Shown: one piece after another, positions 27,012 to 40,556 of the stretch
Layout: every line of letters begins with the position of its first letter
Position numbering within the stretch: position 1 is the first letter of the stretch
NCBI GenBank assembly: GCA_034780895.1
Contig: JAUZTB010000065.1
Coordinates: forward strand, 25,590,085 to 25,654,084
DNA from: Rhynchobatus australiae
Taxonomy: Eukaryota
Length of the DNA stretch: 64,000 nt
Reading direction: 5' to 3'
Notes under the pieces: generated by a model
Seen by the model: only the letters and a program-made list of their open reading frames with translations
Told to the model about the DNA's origin: nothing
Databases searched by the model: none
Made by a program: the position numbers and the translations under genes

Positions 27012-27330
27012 AAGTCATAGAGTCCTGGAGTTGCAGCATGGAAGTAGCCCCTGCAGCCCAATGAGACCACGCTGACCATCAAGCACCCATTTACACCAAT
27101 CCTATACTCATCCCATTTGATTCTTCTCAAGACTACCACTCACCTACATATTAGGATAATTTACAGGGATGTTAACCTACCAAACCTTATGCCTTTAGGA
27201 TAGGGGAGGAAACTGGAACACCCCGAAGGAAACACCCGTGGTTACAGGGAGAATGGTGCTGGCTATTTGGAGTCTGCACAGAGGTCAGGATTGAACCTGG
27301 TGTCTGGAGTAGTGAGACAGCAGCTCTCTG
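27012..27330 (-). mobile_element. V-SINE (HE1-like)
   Basis: gggaggaaactggaacaccccgaaggaaac V-domain and gaggtcaggattgaacctgg reverse B-box. Confidence 0.75.
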
Positions 27331-27499
27331 TCTGCAAGCCAACCAAAAGAACAGATTTTCAGAACCAGTGGACAATACACAGTCGCCACAATAGCATTAG
27401 TGACCAAAAATGAATATCTACCATTTGTTTAATTTGGTCTTTTAACTGGAAGAATCTGACAATCATCTAAGAGAAATACATGGCGAGAGTGAAGGGGTT

Positions 27500-27720
27500 G
27501 AAGGAGGATGTGGAGAGGTGGAACTTGGTGTCATCAGCCTTTCTGTGAATGCTTGTACTCTGGATAACGTCTTCAAATGGTAACGTAGATACGAACAAGG
27601 AGGAAGGTTATGCATAAATTAAGGAACAGTAGGGAGCTGTTGAGAGAAGTTGTTACAAGAGATACCTTTATTATATCAAGTTAGATATTGGAAAGCTAAC
27701 TCAATTCACAATCCTGGGCA
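27500..27720 (-). mobile_element. L2 RT fragment, degraded
   Basis: ggtgtcatcagcc is the reverse of ADDT, in an L2-like FH.YADDTQ context. Confidence 0.4.
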
Positions 27721-28289
27721 TAATCTTGATTTTTAACATTCGAGAGAATGCTCTCAATGATANNNNNNNNNNNNNNNNNNNNNNNNNNNNNNNNNNNNNN
27801 NNNNNNNNNNNNNNNNNNNNNNNNNNNNNNNNNNNNNNNNNNNNNNNNNNNNNNNNNNNNNNTAACATTCGAGAGAATGCTCTCAATGATATAAGAAGTC
27901 TAGAATTTGAAATAACAACCATGAAAATAATAAAAACTATAACCTCCCCTCATAACACCATGTTGGATTTATAAAGCATCCTTGATTAGATGACTATTTT
28001 AGCATTTTGCGAGAATGAGAGACAATGCTAACTAGATGAAAATGAGTAATTAGATGAGGGTGCCACAATCGCACAGTCACAGAAATAGTTTTTTTATAAA
28101 GGCTTTTAAGGATGAAAAATGAAGTTGAGAGATGGAGTGGCTTTGGGAGGAAGTTTCAAAGTTGATGACTTCAGAGAAGGGTGACAATAGAGCAGTGTAA
28201 AGGGGAACAATGCCTGCAGAATTTTGAATTATCTTGTTTATACAGAAGTCAGGTTGATAACTAGAGCATTTAAAAACATAAATATTAAG

Positions 28290-28712
28290 AGAATGAAGCC
28301 GGGGAACAGCCGGTGGTGAACCCTGTTCCGTGGTTCAATAAGATTCTGCCTTAACATCCTGCCATTCTTCATAATCATTAACCCATTATCCTTGATTCCT
28401 CTGATATGCAGAAGTGTATTCATCTGTTTTGAATGTAATAGTTGCCCTCCACAACCCTCTGTGGTGGAAAATTTCACCATCCTGTGATTGAAAAACTGTC
28501 TCCTTATGTCGGTCCTAAAATGCCTACCCCTTATTTTAAGACTGTGACTCCTAGTTCTAGACTCCTTATCCAGAAGAAAGTCTCCTCCATGGACCCTTGT
28601 ACATCTCAGATAGATTACCTGTCATTCTTCTAAACTATATAGAATAGAAGCCTAGCCGATTCAATATCTCCTCATTTGACAAAACCACCATCCCAGGAGC
28701 CAGTACAGTGAA
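28290..28712 (-). mobile_element. CR1 LINE 3' fragment
   Basis: gccctccacaaccctctgtggtggaaaatttcac; gactcctagttctagac (reverse SRTRS); tctaaactatatagaatagaagcctagccg (reverse RLGFYS). Confidence 0.75.
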
Positions 28713-29746
28713 TAAAGTAATTTGAGAAAACTCCACTTTTTAACCTCTCTATTACTTGCCAGTTTGTCTCTTAAAGCCTACTCCTCTTTCTTGCTCTAAC
28801 CCTTGAAGTAACAAAGTGATCACTTCAGATTTTCTCTTCCTGGATAATCTCNNNNNNNNNNCAACTCTGCCGTGACTATTCTTAGTCTGCCCTATTGCAC
28901 TCTGGCTGTACTTCATTGGGCTGACATTAATAAGATCTTGCCTCCATTTACAATGTAGTCCTCTCTTAATAAATCCAACTCAGTCTGTGTTTGATTCAGT
29001 GCATTCAGCAATCCTGTAGATAGCAAGAGCTATCTTTTCCCTGGAACTCATACAATCTGAACATCTCTATCAACTGTATCATCATTGCCAGACTCGATCA
29101 ATTTCACCTCACTTCAGCACCTTGTACTGAGTCTCTTGCTTCTCACCTTGACAATAGACTCGAAGTTGCACAGCTGTTCTGAAACCTGTGTGAACTGGTT
29201 CTCTCATGCTGTTCACACAATATTTCTCTAACTTGCCTTACACCCCGCCCCACCCACCCCAATATCTCACAATTCTGAAAATGTTCAGTCACTTTTGAAT
29301 TAACAACCTTGACCTAGGAAACTTCTTGTCTGGTGGNNNNNNNNNNNNNNNNNNNNNNNNNNNNNNNNNNNNNNNNNNNNNNNNNNNNNNNNNNNNNNNN
29401 NNNNNNNNNNNNNNNNNNNNNNNNNNNNNNNNNNNNGACCTAGGAAACTTCTTGTCTGGTGGCTCAAGAATCAGGATATCCTTTCCTCTGGGGCACCTCA
29501 CTCTGATCCAATCCTCCAGCCAATTCATTACATTGTGCTCCAGGTTTGTTTTTAACCACATGTTGCCACCATAAGCACTTCTGTAATCTATATCATTTGT
29601 CCAAATTATTCTCTTGCCATCATGACACGAAACTTGTTTTGAATATTGACCAGTGCTGAAATATTTGTTTGTCCAGCATTTACTGGACAACACAGCAAAT
29701 CTATGTCTATCAAAGAGTGCTTCCAGTATGCTGGTGTCTGAAGGTA

Positions 29747-30359
29747 CCGGCTGTCCCCTGGTTACGAAAGGGTTCTGTTCTGGAGAACTGTTTGTAACCC
29801 AAATTTTTTGTAAGTCAGAAATCAACAAAAGCTGTGTGAGTGGGAGAGGAGCACAGAAACAATAGTGATGGGACAGTGAGCAGACGTGGGAAGAACGGCT
29901 GCCAGCTGGCCTCACTGACTCTGAGCGAGTGAGTGAGTCTGCTCAGTGCTCCCAGCTTGGCTTGGCTCAACCCAGCCCCCAATTGTTGTGGTTCGGTGGG
30001 GGTGGGCAGAGCGAGAGAAGGTGTGTGGAAGTGTCCTGTTCCCATCTGACAGAAGATGCCTGAAACCCATCCCCATACAGACAGTCTCAAACCACTAATT
30101 CATGCCGGAAGTATCTCCTCCACTTCACCAGCACACAGTTGCACAGTCAGGCTCTGACCACACTGGCTTACTCCAAATCACTTAATTCACTTCACACTCA
30201 CTAGAGAAGCTCTGCTATAAAGTCAGGGGAGCTTAAATTGTTTCAAAAATTGTTTAAAATTTCATCAGAAAATTTTCATAAAGTCAAAAATGCATAAGTC
30301 GTCTTGTTTGTATGTACAAGTGTCCATAAATTGGTCATTTTTAACCCGGGGAGGGCCTG
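29747..30359. mobile_element. Tigger/pogo-like non-autonomous DNA transposon (MITE)
   Basis: Left TA|CCGGCTGTCCCCTGGTTA and right TAACCCGGGGAGGGCCTG form imperfect terminal inverted repeats (14/18). TA is present on the left flank; subterminal gtaaccc and gtaagtc motifs are typical of Tigger. Confidence 0.7.
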
Positions 30360-30607
30360 AATATCCTTTGTTAATATTATCCATGATCACTGCGAATACT
30401 TATCTAGAGATATCCTGTTCCTATTCTCTGCTGTATTGCTTTAACACTTCCCATGCCAATACCATGTGATTTTTGGTTTTGTTGGTGTGCAACACATATG
30501 CTTCAGCTTAACTGTTGTCATCACTTTTCTCAAGATCTTGCTTTATTATTGGCTTTTCTTTTTTCACATTCTCTCTATGAGTGTTAGGATCCTAGGCAAT
30601 CTAAAGA

Positions 30608-31405
30608 AACAGAGGGGCTTTGGTGTATTACTCTAAAGATCACTGAAGATGGCAACACAGGTAGATCAGGGGACTAAGAATGCATATGGGATACTTGCCA
30701 CACTATAGGCAGGATATGATTGCACTGGAGAGGGTGCAGAGGAGATTCACCAGGACATTGCTTGGGATAGAATGTTTTGGTTATGAGGAGAGACTGGTTC
30801 AGCTGAGTTTGTTTTCTTTGGAGCAGAAGAGGCAGAGGAGAGACGTGCACACTTCTCCTGTGACCACATGGGTTTCCCTGGGTGCTTCAGTTTTCTGGCA
30901 CGTCCCAAAGATGTGTGAATTGGTAGGTTAATTGGCTACTGCAAATTTCCCCTGGTGTGTCAGTGAGAGGGAGGAAATTAGTGTAGGGCGAAATTAGTGG
31001 GGAAATGGGATTGCTCTGTGAGGCAGTCTGGACTGTATACAAGGTTATGAGGGGCATAGATAGGGTAGGTTGTAAGAGAGTTTTCCCCATAGCAGATGAG
31101 TCTAACACCAGAAGACTCGGGTTTAAGATAATGAGTAGAAGGTTTAGAGGGGATATGAGGAAGAATTTCCATTCACCCAGAGTGTAGTTGGAATCTGGAA
31201 CACAGTGTCTAAGCAGGTGATGGAAGCAGATCCTCTCACAATGTTTAAGAAGTATCTAAACAAGCACTTGAGAAGCCAGAACATAGAAGGCTACAGGCCA
31301 GGTGCTGGAGAATGGGATAAGTATGGATAGGTACTCAAAGGTCAGCATGGACGTGGTGGGCCAAAGGGCCTGTTTTTGCGTGACTGTTGGTACATGTGAC
31401 TTTAT
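30608..31405 (+). mobile_element. CR1 LINE 3' portion interrupted at 30845-31026
   Basis: ALERVQRRFTRTLLG..YEERLVQLSLFSLEQKRQRRD, then after the insert VYKVMRGIDRV..FP..ESNTRRLGFK; tail gtgggccaaagggcctgttt. Confidence 0.9.
30845..31026 (+). repeat. Internal V-SINE fragment lacking both head and tail
   Basis: tgggtttccctgggtgcttcagttttctggcacgtcccaaaga; closely matches the reverse complement of 31784-31965. Confidence 0.8.
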
Positions 31406-31740
31406 GACCGTGATTATGAAAAAAAGGGAGATTTCAGATGATCTAGTCTGATTTTTGGTAACTTTGGCCAAAGGGACAGTGAAAGAGTAAATTACAGAGC
31501 GAGGCTAAAATGGTACATCTGGTGCATTGGGCTTCAGGCAGATTCTTTTGGAGGTGTTTGGAGGTTTCAGAGGCAAAATAGGTCCACCTGACAAAAAAAT
31601 AAGATGCTATCCTTGCCTTTCATTTCATATACCCATGCCTATTATTATTATTCCTCCTCCTCTAATCTTCTTCACTCTCCTGTATCTACTTCATTCTGTT
31701 GCCCAGATGGTGGCAATGACTGAGCCCACATTATATGTTT

Positions 31741-32010
31741 CCTTATGACTTAGGAGGTGGCCATTTGGCCCATCAAGTCTATGCTGCCTCATAGAGCAAT
31801 TCCATTTCCCTACTAAGTTCCCCCATACTAATTTCCTCCCTTTCACTGATACACCAGGGGAAATATGCAGTAGCCAATTAACCTAGCAATCTATACATCT
31901 TTGGGATGTGCCAGGAAACTGGAGCACCCAGGGGAAACCCACGTGGTCTCATGGGAAGTGTGCAAACTCCATACATAGAGATCAAGCTTGAATCTGTGTT
32001 GCTGTGAGAC
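31741..32010 (-). mobile_element. V-SINE with CR1-type tail
   Basis: ggaaactggagcacccaggggaaacccacgtggtc V-domain; tail ggccatttggcccatcaagtctatgc. Confidence 0.8.
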
Positions 32011-35000
32011 ACATTACCTGGGATGCAGTGAGCCAGTAGAAATCTGGTCACCCTTTTGGGAATATATTGTTGCATGCCTTTGCATTTGTCCAAACAGTGG
32101 AAGAGATCTTAACTGTCATAAATACCTTAATAAAATAATCTCTCAGATCCCTCTTTACCAGACTACAGCCATAATTTCCTCACGTTTTCCAGAAAAGTTA
32201 TGAGATCAGAGTTGGAAAATTTCTGATAAATTGCTATTCAACTCCATGGCTGAGCTGGAAATTTTTTCAGTGGAACAGGTAGAGTTGCAATATCTCTGAT
32301 ATTATTATCAAATATTAATGCCTTTTCTTTCAGTTGGTCAATTCAAAAAGGAAGGCACTTTGGGTTTCAGTTTCTTACCCATTTACTTAACGAAATATGC
32401 TTCTTTATACAAGAGTGCACTTCCTTCCCCTAAAAGTACTCAAACATGGATGAGAATGTAATTCAGCATTATTTCTCAGCAAGCTGGTACTTGCAGAAAA
32501 GGAGCAGAAAAGGTCATCTTTGATTCCCTTAATTTGCAGAAAAATTGGGAATAGAAATAGAAAAGAAACAAGATCAAGGGCTTCTTTTAGATACCTTAGA
32601 TGCAGAAACAAAAAACCTTTGGATCCATTTCTTTGTAAAGGTTAGTGTAACCAAATGACAACAATAGAGAAAATGAATTACTTATTTAAGGTATATAGCT
32701 ACTTGCACTGGAGATTTTGGACTTTTTGTTTTACGTTGTTACCTGGAGACATCCTTTCGAATTACAAATAAGCAAGCAGCTTATGTACTGCAGTGAGGGT
32801 TTCAATGTAATACTGAACTAAATTTTAAACTATGAATAGTGGTGAATATGGGACAGCTGTATCATGAACACTGGGCAAAAAACTAAACTCCATAGTGCTT
32901 TACATTTTGGTTCTGTAAGTAGTAAAATGGCAAATGTGTAGCATGACTCATGGAATATTGCAAATCTGACAGAAAGATAGTGTGTATATGATGTGGCATG
33001 TCAGGAATTTTCAGAGCATGTTGTTGATGTCAGTTCTGAGTTGATTCCTGCTGTGCTGAGTGGGGAAATGTGCATCCAGTAAACGCCTTGTGTTAACTAC
33101 ACAAATTCCTAGTATTTAGTAGTGGAGATCCCCCACCTGTTTAAAACAATCACATCCTTGAAGGTTTGTTCGTACAAATTTAGCTTATTGGAGAAGTCAT
33201 TCATGGAGCCTTCAGGCATACTCATGGGTGGCATCTGCAAGGGCATTAGTGGCCTTGCTCCAGTGAGTAACTCATGATAGGGAGACTGCAGCAAGACCAA
33301 CAGGACAGGGCAGCCCTGAGACAGCAGTGTTTATCGCCCTCTTCCTTTGAATATGCACGAGGTCCTTTGACATGATTTTTGGTTTCTCCATGATTCAAGG
33401 AGCAATTTGACTCCAGGTTAATTGTCTTGAGGATGTCTCATCAGCACCTGAGCATCTGTATCAACTACAAGTGGCTCCACACAATTAACATACAGCTTGT
33501 CTGTGGTCATAGCTAGAAATTTTTTTTGATTAATTCAAGGTACCCCCAGGCAAAGAAGACTACACTACCATTGTGCAATCTGTGGTGCCCTCCATTTTTG
33601 AATCATTTTACCTGACTAGCAAAAGGCAGCTTGGCATCTAGGGTGCCCTTCGAACCATCTGGCTAATAACACCATGTGTCATCCTCACAATAGATCTGGG
33701 TTGTTACATAATAAGCATTCAGCACCTTGGCAAATCAATGACCACACAATTACTTTTGTGGATGAAGGGTCTTCCACCTGCTAACTCTGTTTCTCTCTCC
33801 ACAGATGCTGCCTGGCTTGCTGAGTGTTTACAGCAGTTTTATTGATAAATCTAGAATATTTTAAATTAAGCTACCAATTTAGGGCAGGAGCACATGGGTT
33901 CATACTAGAACAATGTATATTTAGAACTGATAGCAGAACTGAATGGATATATTAAAAAAGGATAATTTTATTTTAAAAATATAGAATATTGCATTCGTGT
34001 GCTTTTCATTCACATCCTTCTAAAATGTTTTTGCTTTAATTTTTGGCTGTGAGTGGAAACAATGATCCAAATACTTCAGTTGTAAAGGAAGCAATGTCAG
34101 ATTCAGGGCAGCAACAGCTTGCACAGGTTATCCAGTGTTTATAGGACGAACAGAGAGACAACTGAGCAGCTGTGTACTTATAGCTATTTCTGTTTTTAGT
34201 TCAGATTTCTAGCAGTTCACTTTTAATTTAATAATTTTTTGCTCTCTTGATTTGTGATGAGTAGATGCTTGCAGTTGGAGAACGTGCAATTTTAGATGCT
34301 TTGTTTAATGCTGAGGCATTATAACCGAAGTACAAATAAGGAAGGTTAGGCTCAGCAAGATTTCAGAAGAAAAATTGTGATGTGAATGACCTTTAAACAA
34401 ACCAAAGCTTAAGAGATGAGGTTGGACCTTTCTTGGTGTTGCTGAATATTGGGCAGCAGAAAGAAGCACCTATGAACAAATTTATCCAACTAGTCCCATT
34501 AGTATAATTATAGCTCTTCTTGATTAATCACAATGCTGTGATGAGGCTAACAAGGATCCGATTATCTAGAAAAAAAACAATGGAGTAGGTGAAAATGCCA
34601 GATGAAAGTAAAATGTCAAAAATTCTGCTGAAGGCATAGCTGAAATAATATTTCTGTGAGCAGGATAACAGGTAACTAACAAACCATTCAATGTATTTGC
34701 TTAGGTTGGAGCATGGTGCACAGCAGCAGAAAGGAGAAAAAAAATCACCACAAAGCAGTATTCTTGATAAAACTCAGTTTATCATTCTTTCATTTCTAAA
34801 ATGAAGCATCGGGTTGGAATTTTATCTGTGAAGTAAGTGTTATGATTTGAGAATAAACTTGAGGAATCATTAATGAGATTTAATATGATGATTAGGTTAA
34901 GTGATTTAGGCTGGCACTACATCCTGTGAGAAAATAATTTCTTTGCATATTTCATGCAGTATGATTTGCTGCTCGAGTAACACAATTTTGCATGAACAGT

Positions 35001-36666
35001 CCTGGAGGCAGTGAAACTGGAGCTTTATAGGTGGATTTGAGTGATAACAAATTACTTGCCACAACAAACCACTTTGCTCTAACTATGATAGATTGCAGTA
35101 GCTGCACGGTATCCGTCTTTCAAATTGCCAGGCAAGCTGGGCTGCAATTTATTGTTTTATTTATATATAAATAAAGCAATATTTATTTCTTATGTTCTGG
35201 ACAAGATTATTCATGCTGGGCATCACAGGCCACCTTTATTTCACTCTGTTAAGTAGACCTTCAAACATACATGTGATGAGTGAAAAGCAGGGCATCCTCT
35301 TGAAGACAACAACTTAAGAAGTGTATTCCTTTCTTGGTCATATTTATTACACATAGGGTCACTAACTACATTGGCCAAAACAGATTTCTATCCCATTTAT
35401 TTCAAGACAAAAAAAGTATCTATTGGAAGATTTTTCCTATCTAATCATTGAAATTGGTTTCCCCACATTTGAAGATTAGACCTATCAAACTAAGTGATTG
35501 TTATGATACTCTAACTTTTTGTAACATGCATTAACTTGAAACTTTTAGTTTAACAATCCATTTTTTAACCATATTCCAACACTCCCTTTCGATGTCCATA
35601 AATTTCTTAACTGTACTATACAGTAAACTGCAAGAAGATAAAAGGATGCTGCCTTCTGCAGAATTTGCCATGACAAAAAATCTGAATCCACTGTGAAATA
35701 GTGACAGTTATTTGCAGGCGAGGACTGCCGTAGATCAACTTGCTGTTTAACCTCAAGCAACAAACACAAAACTGATAAAACTCAACATACTTATCTCAGA
35801 CTTGAGAAATTNNNNNNNNNNNNNNNNNNNNNNNNNNNNCATCTCACCCCAAAACCATAAAGGATTTTTAAATGAAGTGTATATTCCAATGCATGATGAT
35901 TTGTTCATGTGGAATTTACAGGATTAATCTAATGTTTTTGAGCAAGTAATATTTTTCCCCATCTACCTAAGAATTAGGTGTCATCATTGTTTTTTAATTT
36001 TTTTGTGCCTTACCGAAAATAAATCCTCTTTGCCAGATGGAAAATATATCTCTGCTGAGAAGAATTTACTTCATTTATTATATAAATTTGTATTGATCAG
36101 CTCCCAGACATTCTATGTTGACTGTAGCCAGCCAGAAACTGAGAAGTTTTCTATACAGCAAGACCACTCTGTAATTGTTTTACTTTGTTACAAAAAAAGG
36201 TTTTCCTATAAATACATAATCTGTGATTTATGACACCAAAAGTGACATTTTGGTGCTTAAGATGTTTCACAGTTATTAATTAGAGGATAATTATGGACAT
36301 TAAAAAAGTTCAATGATACAAGAATGACTGTCTTCTGTTCCCAAGTCACACTTCATTTAGCTGTAGACTGGTCCATGTCTGTAATCAGTCACTAAATTAA
36401 GAGGATCCTGTGCATCCATATTTGTCTAAGATGGCTATGCTATTCCACTGATATGTCCTCAAGATCACCCATTCAATAAACCACTTCAGACCCTTTATTG
36501 GATGGTGGATGAAACAGTTAATATATTGGGCTTTTTTTTTTAATTATGACATCTATGTAATTAAAAAGCTTTGCTTTTCATTGTTGAAAAAAAAGTGTAC
36601 AGGGTAAGTCATGTTCAACTTAGTGCAGATCATAATAAAACTAGATAAGTTGGAATTAGCTTAGTT

Positions 36667-36817
36667 TTGAGTCAGAAGATTATGGATTCAAGTTCCAATC
36701 CAGAGATGGGAGCATAACATTTCAGCTGATACTTCAGCACAGTGGGATGCTCTCTCATGTGGATGCAAAAGATTGTATAGATTGAAGGAGTATTACCCCT
36801 GCTGTTCTTTCCAATGT
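36667..36817 (+). mobile_element. Deu-SINE 5' fragment
   Basis: tgagtcagaagattatggattcaagttccaatccagaga (tRNA-like B box), then ctctcatgtggatgcaaaagat. Confidence 0.55.
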
Positions 36818-37394
36818 NNNNNNNNNNNNNNNNNNNNNNNNNNNNNNNNNNNNNNNNNNNNNNNNNNNNNNNNNNNNNNNNNNNNNNNNNNNNNNNNNNN
36901 NNNNNNNNNNNNNNNNNNNNNNNNNNNNNNNNNNNNNNNNNNNNNNNNNNNNNNNNNNNNNNNNNNNNNNNNNNNNNNNNNNNNNNNNNNNNNNNNNNNN
37001 NNNNNNNNNNNNNNNNNNNNNNNNNNNNNNNNNNNNNNNNNNNNNNNNNNNNNNNNNNNNNNNNNNNNNNNNNNNNNNNNNNNNNNNNNNNNNNNNNNNN
37101 NNNNNNNNNNNNNNNNNNNNNNNNNNNNNNNNNNNNNNNNNNNNNNNNNNNNNNNNNNNNNNNNNNNNNNNNNNNNNNNNNNNNNNNNNNNNNNNNNNNN
37201 NNNNNNNNNNNNNNNNNNNNNNNNNNNNNNNNNNNNNNNNNNNNNNNNNNNNNNNNNNNNNNNNNNNNNNNNNNNNNNNNNNNNNNNNNNNNNNNNNNNN
37301 NNNNNNNNNNNNNNNNNNNNNNNNNNNNNNNNNNNNNNNNNNNNNGACATCACTGGATAGACCAGCATTTTCGGCTAATTATGCTTGAAGTGAA

Positions 37395-37665
37395 CAGCTT
37401 GCTGGGCCATATCAGAGCCAATTAAGTTGTTATATGACTGGAATGTCTAGGCCAGACCGGGTAAGTGTGGCAGGGTTTCCATGTTGAGAGAGCTTAATGA
37501 ACCAGAAGGGTTTTTTTTGCAGCAATCCAGTGGTTTCATGGCCATCATTCATGAGACCTGTTCTTTTAGTCCAGAATTACTTGCCACTGGTGGGAATCAA
37601 ACTCAGAAGCCTAAATCAATAATCTAGTCTTTTAGATACTGACCTAGTAATTTAACAGTTATGCA
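37395..37665 (-). mobile_element. Shark-type tRNA SINE fragment
   Basis: taggccagaccgggtaag..ggcagggtttcc...tgaaccaga..gggttttt; same family as 5052. Confidence 0.6.
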
Positions 37666-38940
37666 AACTCATTGGCATAGCACTTTAGGATGCTCTGGAA
37701 GGGATGTGATTGAGTTCTTTTATTTTTCCCTTTAATGACGCTAAAGCTAAATGCAACTTGAAATCAGCCATCTTGATGAATCTATTGATAACTTACACTT
37801 TTTTTTAAAAAGATGACAAGCAGCAAAATTGTAATTTCACTTAACGTCTTTAAATATAACAATCAATTAAAGGGCAGTTACTAAAGATCCTTATTTTAAA
37901 AAAAAGTTTATCAGCACTCATTTTGGCTGAATTGCATGAGTAGATGTGGAATGCATTTAAGTAGGTCAACTCCAGTTAATGTGATATCATCTACACTTCT
38001 ATAATGGTCCACTTGAGAACAAAGATATACTGTCACCCATTGTACAGCAAACCTTGAAAAATAAGCCAGGAACTATGGCTTTTTAGGTAGATATCACAAA
38101 AAGTGTTACCAAATCAAACAACAAAATAACAAGCCAGTTTCTGAACTAAAATTTACTGTGCGCCGTAGTGGAGATGATGGGTATTTATTATAACAGCAAA
38201 ACATTCCATTAGTTTTATTATCAAAAATGAGCTGATATCACATGGCCAAGTTGACACATTGATTTACTCTCCATGACCAACATGGTAATTCCATGACCAA
38301 CAGATTNNNNNNNNNNNNNNNNNNNNNNNNNNNNNNNNNNNNNNNNNNNNNNNNNNNNNNNNNNNNNNNNNNNNNNNNNNNNNNNNNNNNNNNNNNNNNN
38401 NNNNNNNNNNNNNNNNNNNNNNNNNNNNNNNNNNNNNNNNNNNNNNNNNNNNNNNNNNNNNNNNNNNNNNNNNNNNNNNNNNNNNNNNNNNNNNNNNNNN
38501 NNNNNNNNNNNNNNNNNNNNNNNNNNNNNNNNNNNNNNNNNNNNNNNNNNNNNNNNNNNNNNNNNNNNNNNNNNNNNNNNNNNNNNNNNNNNNNNNNNNN
38601 NNNNNNNNNNNNNNNNNNNNNNNNNNNNNNNNNNNNNNAAACTGAGGAAGTGACTTTTTCTATTTTCACTCCATTAAAGCTTTTAATAACTTTAAAAAAA
38701 TATAACATTCTCTTTTTCAATATCAGCCTCAATTAAGTTAGTCAGAGTCGCAGCCATCTCCTCATCGAACTGTTTGCATCCTTAACATCATTTTGGTGAA
38801 TTAAAATTGTATATTCCCCATGGTTTTAATGTCTTCTCTGCTGTTAGCCACCCAGAGCAATGTAATGTATTCTAACTGTGGCCTAATAATTGCCTTTATG
38901 CAAGTTTATCCAAAAGCTCTTTTCTCTTGTATTTTATGTT

Positions 38941-39540
38941 GGATTGAGTGAGCTAGGGCTTTTCTCTTTGGGGAGAAGGAGGACGAGAGGTGACGTGATA
39001 AAGGTGTACAAAATGATAAGAGGCATAGATCGAGTGGACAGTCAGAGACTTTTTTCCAGGGTGACAATGGCAAACATGAGGGAACATAATTTTAAGGTGA
39101 TTTGAGGAAAGTACAAGGGGAATGTTAGAGGTTTTTTTTATATACACAGAGAGAAGTGGGTGCATGGAACACACTGCTGGCAGAGGTTGTGGGGGCAGAT
39201 ACATTAGGGACATTTAGGAGACTCTTATATAGCCACATGAGTGATAGAGAAATGGGGGNNNNNNNNNNNNNNNNNNNNNNNNNNNNNNNNNNNNNNNNNN
39301 NNNNNNNNNNNNNNNNNNNNNNNNNNNNNNNNNNNNNNNNNNNNNNNNNNNNNNNNNNTAGGGACATTTAGGAGACTCTTATATAGCCACATGAGTGATA
39401 GAGAAATGGGGGGGGGGGGGAAGCTAGGTGGTAGGGAAGGGTTAGATAGACATTAGAGCAGGATAAAATGTCAGCACAACATGGGCCAAAGGGCCTGTAC
39501 TGTGCTGTCATGTTCTTTGTTCTGTGTTGTATGTTCTATG
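38941..39540 (+). mobile_element. CR1 LINE 3' end
   Basis: LSELGLFSLGRRRTRGDVIKVYKMIRGIDRVDSQRLF and GAWNTLLAEVVGADTLGTFRRLL; tail gggccaaagggcctgtactgtgctg..tgttctatg. Confidence 0.92.
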
Positions 39541-40556
39541 TCTCTAATGCTAAAACCCAAAACGCTGTTGCCTCTTATCATTCGTAACTAGCCGAATGTG
39601 AACTACTGAAGAATTATTTTGAACTCAAAGATTTTGCTGTTTTCCTATATTTCCTGGTAGGTTTCCATTGTGTATTTACTCATCTTCCACATTTTTCTTC
39701 AAAATTGCATGTACCTGGGCCTCCATCCAAAACCTATATTAATTTCAATCAGTAAAACTCAGTCCAATTTCTTGGAATCAATGGTATCAGAATACTGACA
39801 TTGGAATGAATTCTGCAGTATTTGGTACAGTTAAATTTAAGAGAATGGAAATGGAATTTGCTAACAATTTCTTTTTCAGTTCTGATGAAGGTCTGAAACA
39901 TCAGCTTTCTTTCCTTCCCCATTGTTTGATCTTCTGAGCATTTCCAGAACTCTGTTTATGTTTCAGATTTCTAGTACCTGCAATTTTATGCTCCACCAAC
40001 AATTTCTGTCAATCAGCATCATCACAGTGTTCCTCCGTGGAAGAATGATGCTGAATGAATTGAACTGAAAGTAAAATGATGCTGAAAAGGATCTTGTAAC
40101 TTGTGTCTTAGCCTTGAGTGACAAGGCTAAAGCCCAAGCATCACAAGGATCCTCTGTGTTGGTAAGTGAACAGCAAACAAATTAGGCAGGAATGACATCA
40201 TTCTTCAACCAACCCTGGATGAATTAATCAGAGAAGTAAAGGTTTCTCAAGGATATGTAATTTCTGGTAGCATGAGCTATAATTTGATAAAATTTGTGTG
40301 TATCTTGGTCTGAAGCATTATAGAGGCCAAATTCATCAGCAGGAGAGGTCCAAGAAGGTTAATGCAATACACTATGTCTCAGTGCCAATAACTGTATTGA
40401 AATGCTGTTTTATCTCCATATGATTGCTTACCATAACCATGCTAACCACAATTCAGGTAAATTACAGAGGATTTAAAGTTAATTTTACCTCACTGAAATG
40501 AAGATTTTCAATATGCAGTATTAGTATTTTTGTGGGCTGTGCAATGAACGTGTGTG

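Noticed and set aside
29289-29915. 208-aa minus-strand ORF
   Set aside because: It crosses the Tigger-like MITE boundary, a gap and duplicated gap flanks, and has no recognisable domain.
32591-32640. AG...GTTAGT-bounded micro-exon candidate on +
   Set aside because: Splice-like signals only; peptides are unrecognisable and there are no partner exons.
36014-36054. 41-nt minus-strand micro-exon candidate (ttctcag / gtaagg)
   Set aside because: Plausible signals but no protein match I can recognise; needs RNA-seq.
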